Made by a program: the position numbers and the translations under genes. This document shows positions 39,318 to 53,709 of a DNA stretch of 64,000 nucleotides, piece after piece. The stretch covers positions 48,372,464-48,436,463 of the forward strand of contig NC_043011.1 in NCBI RefSeq assembly GCF_006345805.1, written 5' to 3'. The notes below the pieces were generated by a model that saw nothing but the letters and a program-made list of their open reading frames with translations, ran no database searches and was not told the origin of the DNA. Within the stretch, counting starts at the first letter, position 1. Every line of letters starts with the position of its first letter. The DNA comes from Octopus sinensis. Taxonomy: Eukaryota.

Positions 39318-39718
39318 TTTCTCTTTTACTCTTTTTACTTGTTTCAGTCATTCGACTGTGTCCATGCTGGAGCACTGCCTTTAGTCGAGCACATCAACCC
39401 CAGGACTTATTCTTTGTAAGCCTAGTACTTATTCTATTGGTCTCTTTTGCCGAACCGCTAAGTTACGGGCACGTAAACACACCAGCATCGGTTGTAAAGC
39501 GATGTTGGGGGATAAACACAGACGCACAAACATATACACACACACACACATATATATACATATATACGACAGGCTTCTTTCAGTTTCGATGTACCAAATC
39601 CACTCACAAGGCTTTGGTCAGCCTGAGGCTATAGTAGAAGACATTTGCCCAAGGTGCAATGAACCCAGAACCATGTGGTTGGTAAGCAAGCTACTTACCA
39701 CACAGCCACTCCTGCATC
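39318..39718 (-). mobile_element. SINE-A, complete
   Basis: Head, internal microsatellite and tail all present. Confidence 0.85.
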
Positions 39719-39719
39719 T

Positions 39720-40522
39720 ATTTACCGAAGTTTTAACATAATTCCCTTTGAAATAATCACTTTGCAATGCGATACACCAGTCCCAGCATTCCTACCACTT
39801 TTGGAATCTGTCCTGGAATCAAGGGCTTTCTACAATTTGCTATGGACCTTAACAATGGTGTTAAAACAGTGGCCTTCAAGCTGCATTTTCATCTTGAGGA
39901 AGAGATGGAAGTCTGCAGCTGAAAAATCTGGTGAATATGGCAGGTTCAGAAGTGATGCCATGGTGTTTTTGGTAAGAAGGTCGTGAGTGAGGAGAGCTTG
40001 GTGAAGAACCCACTTCTTCATGGTCCAAAGATCTGGTCACTCTCACTGAAAGTCCTCCCTCAAACTCTTCAAAATGCCACAGTAGAATTCTTGATTGAGG
40101 GTCTTGCCCAGGAAGAATTCTCGATGTACAATACCACATTTCTGGAAGTGACACTTGTGGCAGATCTTCCAGATTGCTAATTTTCTTCCAGGGAAATTCT
40201 TCAGCATTTGAAGTGCCTATGCCACTTGGAACATTGTACACGACCTGTTGCCCCATCGCCATAAGCTTACCAAAGAATGCTCAATGTCTCTGTAGCAGAC
40301 TTCCTGGCTCTTTGTTCCTGTCCATGACAACACCACAGAGGACAGCGTACATGTGATCACAAAATCACAAATTTCACAACTTGCGAAGTAAACACAGTGA
40401 TGTCACTCAGTACACTGCCCCATGAGGGGTGACTGCTAGTTCTCAGTGTGCAGGCAACTAAGTGCTGCCATCTATTGGTGCACTTCAGAACTAGTCCAGG
40501 AACCTTTTGATACCACCTCATA
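39720..40522 (-). mobile_element. Internally deleted mariner (DD34D-type) remnant
   Basis: 5' TIR-like tatgaggtggtatcaaaaggttcctggactag; LPYSPDFSAADFHLFLKMKMQLEG and FQKW*ECWDWCIALQSDYFKG C-terminus; the other end abuts a SINE-A. Confidence 0.85.
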
Positions 40523-40792
40523 GATGACACTGCAAATGTAGAAGGGTTATGTGTGGGAGAAATGTGTGTGTTGCAAGGCGTGTGGTTGTAGTTTGTATGT
40601 GTGTATGTGTGCATGTATGTGTGATTGCAAGTAAACGTTTGTTAGTAAGTGGGAAGTGTATGAGATAGTACAAGAAAGTTCTTATGCACAACATATCATT
40701 GGTTATTGTAATATTGTAATATAGACATCATCCTATCTAACCTATGTGTGTTATCAAAAAAGTATATAACCATATATACATACATTACATAC

Positions 40793-40834
<42 letters not shown>

Positions 40835-40850
40835 AAATAACATATATATA

Positions 40851-40882
<32 letters not shown>

Positions 40883-40957
40883 CATAATATATATATATAT
40901 ACATATTATATATATATATATATACATATTATATATATATATACACACATATATATA

Positions 40958-40994
<37 letters not shown>

Positions 40995-42319
40995 TAGATA
41001 GATAGAAAGATAGATAGATAGATAGATAGATAAATGGATGGATGGATGGATGAATGGATAAATGGATGTATGTGATAACTACCATGTGAACTACAATGAA
41101 AAAGTATGAGAAAGATATGGTATATAATATTTTTTGTGCAGGGGTTCCTTGAGACGTAATTTATTTTAAGGGTTACACAAGCGTAAAAAAAAGTTTGAGA
41201 AACACTAGTGAAGAGGTTCTGCAGTTGGCTCAAAAAGTATGTGGTAATTATGTAAAGTGCTTCAAATACTTATGCCAGGGACCTGTATTGGGGTTTTGCA
41301 CCATTTTGTAGATTGGTGAACCGAACCAAAAAATTTACGTAACTTGGTAAATGACACAATAGAACTCTGGTGGTGGCTGAGATATGAAACCATTTGCATT
41401 TATTAATTTTTACATTCACTCTGCTTCACCAAAATGTGATATATTTCCTCTGTGTACATATATGTACAGACTCATATGCACATGAATACACACTCACGAA
41501 TATATATGTCTATATATATATTCATGTATGTGTAGGTGTAAGCAAGATAACTATGTCATTGATGTATCTTTATTAATAAAATATACACATACTACTCATT
41601 ATTTTAGGTGGCTATATTTTATTTCAATTATTTTTTCTTGTTGTATTTTTAATCTTTACTTTTTACGTAACTTTTTAACTCCTGTTAAAATAGAAAACTT
41701 GAAATATTTTAAAATGTGCCAAAAAACCCCTATTAAAATAGTGTACATAAAACAAAAATTCTTTCACAAATATAAAATATATATAACATGGCAAAAAAAT
41801 TCAACAAGTGTTTATGTTCATAATTAATTACATTTGTGTACAGTTTTCCTCGTTACACTGTAGAAAAACGAGAGAGCAATAAATAAATAAATAAATAAAT
41901 AAAATAGAATAGAAATAATCAAATAAACAAAATGGTTGTAATTATTTTTAAAATTCTCTAAAACATTACATTATTTATAAACATAACTTCTGTTGTTTAT
42001 AATAAACATTAACAGAACATAAAAATTTTGAAGTTTTTGATGATAGTGTTGAGAATGATTATTATCACCATAACAATAACACACTCAATCCCAGTATCAA
42101 TTATTACTATTCTTGTGTGATTGTTGCAGATAAGAAAATTGGAAGGGTGCCATACAAAACATACTGTGTTATTTAGTTTACTTTGTGAGTTCTAATTCTA
42201 TTGAAGTCAAATTTACTTTTTATTCTTCTAAGGATTGATAAATTAAATACCATTCAGTTACTGGAATCAAATAAATCTATCATATCCTCTTTAAAAATGT
42301 ATGGTTTTATATATATATA

Positions 42320-42726
42320 TAGGCGTAGGAGTGGCTGTGTGGTAAGTAGCTTGCTTACCAACTACTTGGTTCTGGGTTCAGTCTCACTGCGTGGCACCTT
42401 GGACAAGCTTCTTCTACTATAGCCTCTGGCTGACCAAAGCCTTGTGAGTGGATTTAGTAGACGGAAACTGAAAGAAGCCCGTTGTATATATGTGTATGTA
42501 TATACATGTGTGTGTGTGTTTGTGTGTCTGTGTTTGTCCCCACCCAACATCGCTTGACAACCAATGGCGGTGTGTTTATGTCCCCGTAACTTAGTGGTTC
42601 GGCAAAAGAGACTGATAGAATAAGTACTAGGCTTACAAAGAATAAGTCCTGTGGTCGATGTGCTCGACTAATGGTGGTGCTGTCGCATGGCCACAGTCAA
42701 ATGACTGAAACAAGTAAAAGAGTGAG
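42320..42726 (+). mobile_element. SINE-A, complete
   Basis: aggcgtaggagtggctgtgtggtaag...aaacaagtaaaagag. Confidence 0.85.
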
Positions 42727-42989
42727 TAATGTGCATTACAACCGGCAGAAGAATTTGAATACTAAAGGGTTAAATCCCATTGAGTTAAACTTATGGAAAC
42801 AAGACATTTGTACTCAGAGCCAGAGCTGGTTTCAGCCAGGTTGGTAATGAAAGGGTTAAACTCAGAGTGAAAAGAAATATGAGGCATTCTATTTGATACC
42901 AATTCTGCAAGTTCATCACCGCACATAGACAATATCGTTTATATCTTGTATCTTCAAACATGAATTTGGATTAGTCCAATGACCTATCC

Positions 42990-43735
42990 TTTTATTCTTT
43001 TACATGCTTCAGTCATGTGACTGTGGCCATGCTGGAGCACCGGCTTAAAAACGTCTTACCTGAAGAAATCGAGCCCAGGACTTATTGTTTGTAAGCCTAG
43101 TGATTATTCTATCAGTTTCTTTTGCCGAACCGCTAAGCCATAAGGGCATAAACTCACCAACATCAATTGTCAAGTGATGGTGTGGGGAAAAGCACAAGCA
43201 CAAAGACACACACACACACACACACACAATATATATATATATATGTGGAGGCGCAATGGCCTAGTGGTTAGGGCAGCGGACTAGCGGTCGTAGGATAACG
43301 GTTTCGGGCGTTGTGAGTGTTATGAGTGAACACCTAAAAGCTCCACGAGGCTCCGGCAGGGGGTGGTGATCCCTGCGGTACTCTTTCACCACTCTTTTTC
43401 TCCACTCTTCTTCTTTCCTGCTTCGGCAGCCTTGCGTCGCTTCGCGGGGTGGCGTCATTCGAACGGCTAAAACAATGCGAACGCATTGTGACCAGCGATG
43501 TGTAACTACATCTGATGGACTGGTCGGTCACGTGATGATGGTCACGTGATATATATATATATATATATATACAACAGGCTTCTTTCAGTTTCTATCTACC
43601 AAATCCACTCATGAGGCTTTGGTCAGCCCAAGGCTAGAGAAGAAGACACTCGCCCACGGTGTTACACAGTGGGACTGAACCCAGGACCATGTGGCTGGAA
43701 AGTAAGCTTTTTATCACACAACCATGCACATGCCG
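42990..43735 (-). mobile_element. SINE-A interrupted by a plus-strand SINE-C (43245-43550) in its internal (TA)n
   Basis: Tail 42990-43230, (TA)n, SINE-C tail type 3, (TA)n, head 43572-43735. Confidence 0.8.
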
Positions 43736-44156
43736 ACACGTGGAGTTTGATAAATGGCAACTGTGCCGATGCCCAGGCTGTATATGTGTGTATCGTTTGT
43801 TCATGCACATCACTGAAGGATTCAACTACATTGGGAAAATGGAAAAAAAAATATTGCTTTCCACAGAAGGTTGCATTCTAAAATGTTCTGCTGCTGTGAG
43901 TTACAAATACACTCCTTTGTCAGTCATTTCATCAGAAATGCAGTCACCTAGGGATTGGCATGTTGGGTTATTATAACCAATAACACTATATTTCACAAAT
44001 TACAATATAAAATAAATGAAATAATCTAATGAAATTAATTTAATTGACTAAACTACTCTTCTAAAAATGTGTGATCTTTAAATACATTAAGAAATTATTA
44101 ATATTCATATATAGAAATATATACAAACATACATACATATACAAACATACATACAT

Positions 44157-44188
<32 letters not shown>

Positions 44189-44291
44189 TTAAATATGTAT
44201 ATAAACATATATATATACATATATACCTATATAACTATCTATATATTTAAATATGTATATAAACATATATTATATACATATAACCTATATC

Positions 44292-44337
<46 letters not shown>

Positions 44338-44450
44338 ATATATATATATATATATACTATATATATATAATATATAAAATAATATATATATCCATACATA
44401 TCTATCTATCTATCTATCTATCTATCTCTCTCTCTCTCTCTCTCTCTCTA

Positions 44451-44489
<39 letters not shown>

Positions 44490-44493
<4 letters not shown>

Positions 44494-45363
44494 TTGCAAT
44501 GGGTAAATTGTCACCATTTTAGCTTTAATTTTGCACATGTGCATTGTTGTTTGTTTTTGATTTGTCGACTACACAGTATAGTAGGGTCAGTTGGGTACTG
44601 TCTATGAGAAAAAACAGCACCACGACGCAATTCACTCTGCCAGAAATTTGGAAACAACGTGCTGTACTGCTTGGCACTCATGCTGGAAGCTCCAGTATGA
44701 ACATTTCAGAGTGTTTGAGTGTCGATCTGAGGACAGTACAATCTGAGGACATGTACCGAGAGTGATGGAAATCAAACATCCAGTCAACATCATGGTGTTT
44801 GCTGTGATCACTAGCAATGGTGACGTTCTGCTTCCATTCATCTTCCTACATGGCCACAGACTCAACACAAAGGCCTACATCAAGTACCTGGAGGGGGGTA
44901 GTGCAGCCCTGGATCAAGTGGGTGGCTGTTGGGAGACCCTGTGTCTGGAAACAGGACTCTGCATCATTCCACACAAGCAGAAGAACACGGTCATGGATGT
45001 CAGACAAGTTCTGTGCCCACATCGCCCCTAACATCTGGCCACCTAATTCCCCAGACTGAAACCCTCTTGCTTATTATGTGTGGAGTGCTACTGAGCAAGA
45101 GACCAACAAAACTCCTTGTAACACCAAAGAAGGACTAAAAGCAAGGATTATGGCAGCATTCACCAACTTAAACAAGGACACTATCCAGAAGAGTTGCAAG
45201 AGATTCCAAAGTCGTCTCGAGGCCGTAGCTGATGCCGATGGCAATTTTATTCAACAAATTTACTCCTTTATGAAATTTTGGTAAATATATCTGTTAAAAT
45301 GGGATGTCAGTGTTATTTTTACTTTTGCATAATTTAGATGACAGTTTATTCACTCACCCTGTA
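44490..45363 (+). mobile_element. Tc1/mariner DD37D (maT-like) transposon remnant
   Basis: KHPVNIMVFAVITSNG, WKQDSASFHTS and IWPPNSPD*NPL motifs; 37 residues between the second Asp and the third acidic position (now Ala); imperfect TA-flanked termini. Confidence 0.85.
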
Positions 45364-45374
45364 TACATATGTAT

Positions 45375-45418
<44 letters not shown>

Positions 45419-45469
45419 ATGTGTGTGTGTGCTTGTTTGTATTTGTGTATGTGTATGTATGTGTGTGTG

Positions 45470-45630
45470 TGCATATCATCATCATCATTTAGTGGCTGCT
45501 TTCCATGCTGCCATGGGCTAGACAGCTTGACGGGAACTGGTATGTCAGAGAGCTGTACCAGGTTCCAGTCCGATTTGGCATGATTTCTAAGGTTGGAGGC
45601 CCTTCCTAATGCCAACCACTTCAAGAGTGT
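45470..45630 (-). mobile_element. SINE-D 3' fragment
   Basis: (ATC)n...ctttccatgctgccatggg...gcccttcctaatgccaacc. Confidence 0.65.
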
Positions 45631-46267
45631 AGTAGCAAATTTGGTTCACACAAAGTTCTTCTTAAATTCCAAAAATGAAATGTCAGTCAGTGCTCTCTTG
45701 ACAGAAAATTCACATTGAGGACAAAGAATTCCTGACTTGCTAGTCAGTGAACAGAAATCATGCATAAATTATCCTTTTCCAGATATAACTGGTACTGGAC
45801 AAAAGGAGATAATTCCATCTCATTCAGAAGGGGTTTTCACATTAAAAATTTCAACTTGGAACTATTTTCACAAACTTGGTAAACTAAGACTCTATTGTTA
45901 CCTCCATTAGTAAAGAGCTTACAAGCCTCTTGCTGACAGTTCTGGTGAGCTGCCAATATTGCTAAGATTATAACAGACATGAAATCCATGGTAACTTTCT
46001 GACTGACCATAACTAAATAACGACTATATTAAATATATAATCAGATCCCCAATAAACACTGTAAAAGTGAATGTGCTTTACTAGTAGGCTACCAAGTGTA
46101 TACCATATGGTTTAATATCTAGTAACAATAATGATAATAATGATATATATTATATATATAATATATATATATAATATATTCTATATATATATATTATATA
46201 TACACACACGCATACACACACACATCATACATATAACATATACATACATACATACATCTATAATATA

Positions 46268-46306
<39 letters not shown>

Positions 46307-46873
46307 TAGATATATATAGACGATATAGATATAAAAATTATAAATACTATTGCAATACAATAGTGTTATTTTCCAGCTAAATAAAACACCATCAAGGTAG
46401 AATTATAAAATCATAAATTATAGAATTATAGAATTATAATGACTGAAATTTTTATATAAAACTTTTTCACTGATCTCAGTTCTGCTTATGGTTAGACATA
46501 CCAGACGAATATACAGGCATTGATCTGGCAGATATTTTAAATTTCGTCCTCTGTAAACCTAACTGAAGAAGACTAACTAGATTTATAATAACAAATGTAT
46601 TCTGGGAAGTCTGAAGTTCAATTCCTAGGTTATCCATTGTTGGTTGTCCATTTATCCGGTGTTCTTCCTAGTGTTAAGATAAAAATTTGTTATGTTTGCT
46701 GCCTGCACACATCTTAGCCTGTATACATTCAGTGAAGCTTTACATAGCGTCGGACGCTTATCGACTGCTATTTCCAGCAAACATTGGTGCTGTGTTGTGC
46801 CACTATTTCCTACTTTATATAGATATATACATATGGTATGTATGTATGTATGTATGTATATTATATATATTAT

Positions 46874-46923
<50 letters not shown>

Positions 46924-47191
46924 CACATATATAACATTCCTGTCACAACCTTAGGGACCTTGAAGACTGCTTAAATGCAAGAAAGTATACTAGGCCCTTA
47001 ATATTTGATATTCAATATTTCATCTATTCAATACGACAATCAATACTTCATTTCATTTTACTATATATATACTATTTATACTATATTTCTATATTCTACA
47101 TTAATATCATAAAGAATATAAATAAAACATAAAAAAAGACAGAGTTGGAATTCTTTGAATAATCTATACTATATATATATTATATAATATA

Positions 47192-47226
<35 letters not shown>

Positions 47227-48809
47227 ATATATAATGTTCTGTATTTGTGATACATTGTTCTGAATATAAGCCACGCATTGTAACTCCTTCTGTTACGCAA
47301 TTTAGAATTTCAGCAAATAGGTAACAATAACATTGGTAACAAGAGAGAAATATGTACCAAACTTGGGGTGACTGACTGAAGCCTTGATGGCAATGCCTTA
47401 ACATAACTTTAGCCTAATGCCTTAACATGACCTTACCAAAGCCAGTAAAGAAATACAAGAATGTTGATAAATGACAAGAAGAAGCATTGATATATATATA
47501 TATAATATGGTAGAAATGTCTAACACACTGCCAGAATAGAATTTGTACCAGAAAGTTATTTGGATTAATAAGAATTACTTTGAAAGTAGTGTAATTTCGT
47601 TTTCAACATTTCTTTACTGCAAGCACAAAGAACCAATAAATGTTTGGCACCAACTTAATAATGTAAGAAATCAGTACTTTGTTTCTCTACTTCTTGAAAT
47701 TACGAACCAATGCATTATTTTGCGGCAGCAGACAGTCTTTGTATTAACAGCTTCCTTAATTCTGTTAACTGTTTTTTTTTATTCTGTGTCTGTTAACACA
47801 AATTTGTACACTTTATAAATCAGTGTTATTGCAAGAAAAAAAAAACCCCCAAAACAAAAAAAAAAAGTAAATTATGTTAGGAGGGAGGAAAATGGTGAAA
47901 TCAGCTGAAGAGAGTTTGGTCCAGATGTGTGGCTCAGAAGTGTTGGAACTATCACATGGGAAGAAAGGGAAATGGGAGACGGGGAAGGCAAATTCTCATA
48001 GAACAGTGAAGAGGAAGGGAAGTAAAAAGCTGAGAAGAATAGGCCAAAGGAAAATCTGTGGAAGTGGGCATTTGTGTATGCGTGTGGTGTGTGTGTGTGT
48101 GTGTGTTAGCAAGGTAAAGTATTATTAGTGAGAGGGGAGGTGTGAAACAGATTTGTCAAAGTGGGAATGATGGAGGAGAAGATGAGTGTACGTGTGTGTG
48201 TGTGTGTATGTATGTGTGTGTGTGTGTGTATGTGTGTGTGTGTGTGGGTGTGTTAGCAAGGTAAAGTATTAGTGGGAGGGGAGGTGTGAAACAGATTTGT
48301 CAAGTGGGAATGATAGGGGAGACGGAGAGTGTATGTGTGTTGTGTGTATGTGTGTGTGTGTGTGTGTATGTGTGTATGTGTGTGTGTGTGTGTTGTGTGT
48401 GAAAAGGTGAGTATGTGTTGAAGGTGGAGGGGAAAAAATGGACGTTTGAGAGTGCTGGTGTGTGTGTGTTTGTAGCAAGGTGTGTGTGCTAAGAGTAGAA
48501 AAGTGTGGGAATGCATGTGTGTGGGTATGGATGTGTGTGGGTATGGATGTGTGTGGTAAGTATGCATGAGTGTGTAGGTTTACATGGGAGTATCAAGGGT
48601 ATAAGGTGGTAGATGAGATGAGATGTGTGTATGTGTGTGTGTGTGTGTGATGTGTGAAGATGTAGAGGAGAGAGAGAAGTGGTAGGGCATGTGTATGTGG
48701 AGACAGTGTTAATGTGTTGAGGGCATATAGGTAGGTGTTAGTATTGTATCGAACAAGAGGTGGGTAACAGGGTATTGTGCGAGTGGGGTGTATGGTAGTG
48801 GCACTAGGA

Positions 48810-48872
<63 letters not shown>

Positions 48873-49375
48873 GTGGGGTATAGTGATGGAGTGGAACTGA
48901 AGTAAAGAATCAAAGGTATTTAGGGGAGGAATTCAGAGCAAAATATTTGTGCTTGGAGAGAGAAAATGAGCTCTAGTTCCTTCTGGAAGCAATTGTTGAA
49001 AGATCCAGGTGTAATAGCCATATCAAAAACTGAGAGGAGTTAGGAGGAATGGTCAGCGGAGTAGAAATATCAGGAGACAGGTGACCTGTTGTGAGGTCAT
49101 ATGTCTCTGGGGTGCTTCAAACTGTCAGCCAGTTGGTAGCTGGTTTGCTTGATATAAATAAAAATAAGGAAGGGTACTTTGGAACACATATATCAGATTA
49201 CTAGAAGGGTAGCAAAAGAAGTCCCTAATAACAAACAGGAGAAAGAGAACTCAATACAAATGAAGAGTATCTATATATTTTTATCACAGTGTAGAGACCA
49301 AGACTACGTGCATGTGTGCACACACACCAAGAAGCTTTCTTTTCTCCTTTATGTTTATGCTTAAATGTTTATATA

Positions 49376-49790
49376 GAGGAGTGGCTGTGTGGTAAGTAGC
49401 TTGCTAACCAACCACATGGTTCCGGGTTCAGTCCCACTGCGTGGCATCTTGGGTAAGTGTCTTCTGCTATAGCCCCAGGCCGACCAATGCCTTGTGAGTG
49501 GATTTGGTAGACGGAAACTGAAAGAAGCCTGTCGTATATATGTATATATATATAAGTGTGTGTGTATATGTTTTGTGTGTCTGTGTTTGACCCCCTAGCA
49601 TTGCTTGACACCGATGCTGGTGTGTTTACGTCCCCGTCACTTAGCGGTTCGGCAAAAAGAGACCGATAGAATAAGTACTGGGCTTACAAAAAGAATAAGT
49701 CCCGGGGTCGAGTTGCTCGACTAAAGGCGGTGCTCTAGCATGGCCGCAGTCAAATGACTGAAACAAGTAAAAGAGTAAAGAGTAAGAGTA
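49376..49790 (+). mobile_element. SINE-A, complete, young
   Basis: CpG-rich; very similar to 53710-54140. Confidence 0.9.
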
Positions 49791-50867
49791 TACAAAGACT
49801 TAAGTGTAAATATAGATGCAGGCATAATAAATACATTCGTGCATATTGCAACTGCCTTGATAGTTAAAAGAAAGATAAGCAAACTGATCGGGGAGATCCT
49901 ATGCAGTTACGCAGCCTTGTAAAACTATTTCGGCCAAATTTCTTTCAAATTATATACCATCATTTTGAAGGTAATGCTCCACCATGATCTTGGACATGAT
50001 AGTTAAAAACAAATGGAAAATTATTATCTTGGAAAGATAAAACTGAAGAATCCTTTTAATATCAGAGAAAAATACGTTGGAACATCAAAGAATAACGATT
50101 TGATACAGGAAATATTCATCAAGTGTTAAAAACATATCAAAGGTGATGATAATGCACCAAGAGTGAAGTACCCTTAAAGCACGAACGCTATCCATTTTAC
50201 TCAAAGTAGATAAACCAAAGAGGGAAAAAGCAACAACAAAACAGGTACCCATCAATAGCAACATTACTTACCTCATTAACCCTAAATATTTTGGTAGATG
50301 CAGAACACAAACACAAGAAAAAACAGAGGAAGAACACCAGTCACATTCTAACAAAAGGCATCTTTCCAACCACCATTGCAGTCGCTAATATAACAGAAAA
50401 ATTATGGGCCAAGGATACTTCTTGAGCCATGGGCTTATAAGGCCAGTATCCTAGATTCTGTGGTGTATATATTCCTCCCACCCCTGGATGGGACGCTGGA
50501 CTGGAGCAACGTGAAATTCTCTCTCTCTCTCTCTTTTTCTTTTTTACTTGTTTTAGTCATTTGACTGTGGCCATGCTGGAGCACCGCATTTAACCCCCAG
50601 GACTTATTCTTTGGAAGCCTAGTACATTTATTCTATTCGTTACTATTGCTGAACAGCGAAATTACGGGAACGTAAACACATCAGCATCAGTTGTCAAGAC
50701 GTCAAGACGCACAAACATATGCACAATACTTGACAACAAGTAGCTCTTACCTGTGCTATGCAACAAGACTAACAGGTGAAGTGTGAAGGTTTGCTTATGT
50801 TCACCTGTGTAATGATGCATGAGAAGAATAGAATGAAGTGAGTTACAAACAAAGGAAGCAATGTCTT

Positions 50868-51295
50868 ACTTTCTCTTTACTCTTTCTACTCTTTTACTTG
50901 TTTCAGTCATTTGACTGCGGCCATGCTGGAGCACCGCCTTTAATCGAGCAACTCGACCCTGGGACTTATTCTTGGTAAGCCCAGTACTTATTCTATCAGT
51001 CTCTTTTGCCGAACCGCTAAGTGACAGGGACGTAAACACACCACCATCGGTTGTCAAGCGATGTTGGGGGGACAAACACAGACACACAAACACACACGCA
51101 CACATCATATATATATATATATATACATATATATGACGGGCTTCTTTCAGTTTCCGTCTACCAAATCCACTCACAAGGCTTTGGTCGGCCCGAGGCTATA
51201 GTAGAAGACACTTACCCAAGGTGCCACGCAGTCGGACTGAACCCGGAACCATGTGGCTGTAAGCAAGCTACTTACCACACAGCCACTCCCACACC
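50868..51295 (-). mobile_element. SINE-A, complete, young
   Basis: Reverse complement of the family consensus. Confidence 0.9.
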
Positions 51296-52099
51296 TATTA
51301 AGTGATTTTATATTTCTTATTGTATTGCAGTTTATTATCAAAAACACACCTTATTCTACAAATAAACAAGGATCTCTTTCAGCACATTCTTAGGATTTAT
51401 TGATTTGGGATACAACAAAATTTAACCCTTTAGCATTTCAGGCAGCCATATCTGGCCAAAATATCCTACCTGTTTAAAGTTCAAACCAGCCTGATCAAGC
51501 TTCTTATACCTACCCTACAATGTCAGTTTAAAAGTAAACAATCACATTATGTTTATTTATCTTGAAGATGATTAATTCAAAATAATGTAAATAAATAAGA
51601 ATCACACATGACAGAGTGAACTGAATGTTAAAGAATTAAATATGCTTTAAATTTTAATCTGAAGAGGAAAACCAAGGGAGAGCAATATTTGCAAGTTCAC
51701 CCCAAATGATGAGGTTGATGCAGAGGCTGTATAGTTTGACTAACTGCAGTAGTCAAACTATATGTAGGAGAAATGTTGATGTTGTTGACATGTGATGTAG
51801 AAGAATAGGATTCAAGGCATTCAAACCATGACCGTTCCATTTTCCCTGTTGTATCTACAATTACTTTATGATATTTTATGAAGAAAAGTAAACTGTGATT
51901 AGAAATGATATATTTATGATCATAGGTGCAGTCATGGCTGTGTAGTAAAAAGCTTGCTTTGCAGCCACATGGTCTCTGGTTCAATCTCATTGTGTGGCAC
52001 CTTGGAGAAGCGTCTTCTACTATAGCCTCAGGCCAACCACAGCCTTGTGAGAGGATTTGGTAGACAGGAACTAAAAGACCCCATCATATATATTATATA

Positions 52100-52251
52100 T
52101 ATATATACTATATTATTATTATCATTCTTATTATTATTATTATTATTATAGTATTATTTTATTATTATTATTATCATTATATTATTTTATTATTATTATT
52201 TTATTATTATTATTATTATTATTATCATTATTCTCATTATTATTATTATTA

Positions 52252-52282
<31 letters not shown>

Positions 52283-52300
52283 TCATTATCATTATTATTA

Positions 52301-52342
<42 letters not shown>

Positions 52343-52386
52343 CATTATTATTATTCTTATTATTATTATTATCATTATTATTATTA

Positions 52387-52422
<36 letters not shown>

Positions 52423-52436
52423 CATTATTATTATTA

Positions 52437-52479
<43 letters not shown>

Positions 52480-52492
52480 CATTATTTTATTA

Positions 52493-52538
<46 letters not shown>

Positions 52539-52567
52539 CATTATTATTATTATCATTATTATTATTA

Positions 52568-52600
<33 letters not shown>

Positions 52601-52643
52601 TATTATTATTATTATTATTATTATTATCATTATTATTATATCA

Positions 52644-52684
<41 letters not shown>

Positions 52685-52798
52685 CATTATTATTATTATC
52701 ATTATTATTATTATTATCATTATTATATTATCATTATTATTATTATTATCTTATTATTATTATTATTATTATTATTCTTAATTATCATTATTATTATA

Positions 52799-52840
<42 letters not shown>
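52100..52840. repeat. About 740-bp (ATT)n microsatellite
   Basis: Direct reading. Confidence 0.97.
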
Positions 52841-53170
52841 GGGAATATCAATTCCTGTTCCACAGGAATGAGGCATTCAAATAAAAAAAAATTAAATTGA
52901 ATTACTCTCAATAATTAATTCATACATATATATATGTATGTGTATATATATATATATATATACATATATATGACGGGCTTCTTTCAGTTTCCGTCTACCA
53001 AATCCACTCACAAGGCTTTGTCTGTGTTTGCCCCACAGTCATCGCTTGACAACAAATGCTGGTGTGTTTGCATCCCTGGAACTGAACAGTTGAGCAAAAG
53101 ACACCAATAGCCAATAGAATAAGTAGCAGGCTTACAAAGAATAAGTGCTGTGGTCATTTTCTTCAACAAA

Positions 53171-53638
53171 AACCCTCTTTCGTTACTGTATTTATTTTGA
53201 GATGCTCTGTGTTTCTTTCAATCATTTTAAATATAACAAAGAATTTTGTAAAATAGCTTAGTTATCATTCAGCTAGTGTTTGGAACATAAATTGTGACTA
53301 AGGTTTGGTGGAAGATTTTAATTCAAAACTTATGAAAACAAGACATTTGTACTCAGAGCCAGAGCCGGTTTCAGCTGGATTGGTATCGAAAGGGTTAAAT
53401 TAATCATTTGTTAACCCTTTTGTTACTGTATTTATTTTGAGGTGCTCTGTGTTTCTTTCAATCATTTTAAATATAACAAAGAATTTTGTAAAATAGCTTA
53501 GTTATCATTCAGCTAGTGTTTGGAACATAAATTGTGACTGAGGTTTGGTAGAATATTTTAATTCAAAACTTATGAAAACAAGATATTTTACCACAGAGTC
53601 AGAGCCGGTTTTGGCCGGGTTAGTAACAAAAGGGTTAA
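53171..53638. mobile_element. Two tandem piggyBac-type MITEs of about 220 bp
   Basis: Second copy TTAA-cccttttgttact...agtaacaaaaggg-TTAA (53411-53638; 13-bp perfect TIR, TTAA TSD); a related end lies at 42790-42860. Confidence 0.85.
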
Positions 53639-53709
53639 GGTAATACTCCACCATGGCTGCTGTCAAATGACTGAAGCATGTAAAAGAATAAAAAAAAAAA
53701 AGAACATTC

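Noticed and set aside
48900-49150. Possible LINE endonuclease remnant on the minus strand
   Set aside because: Too decayed to show a diagnostic motif by eye; would need a profile search.
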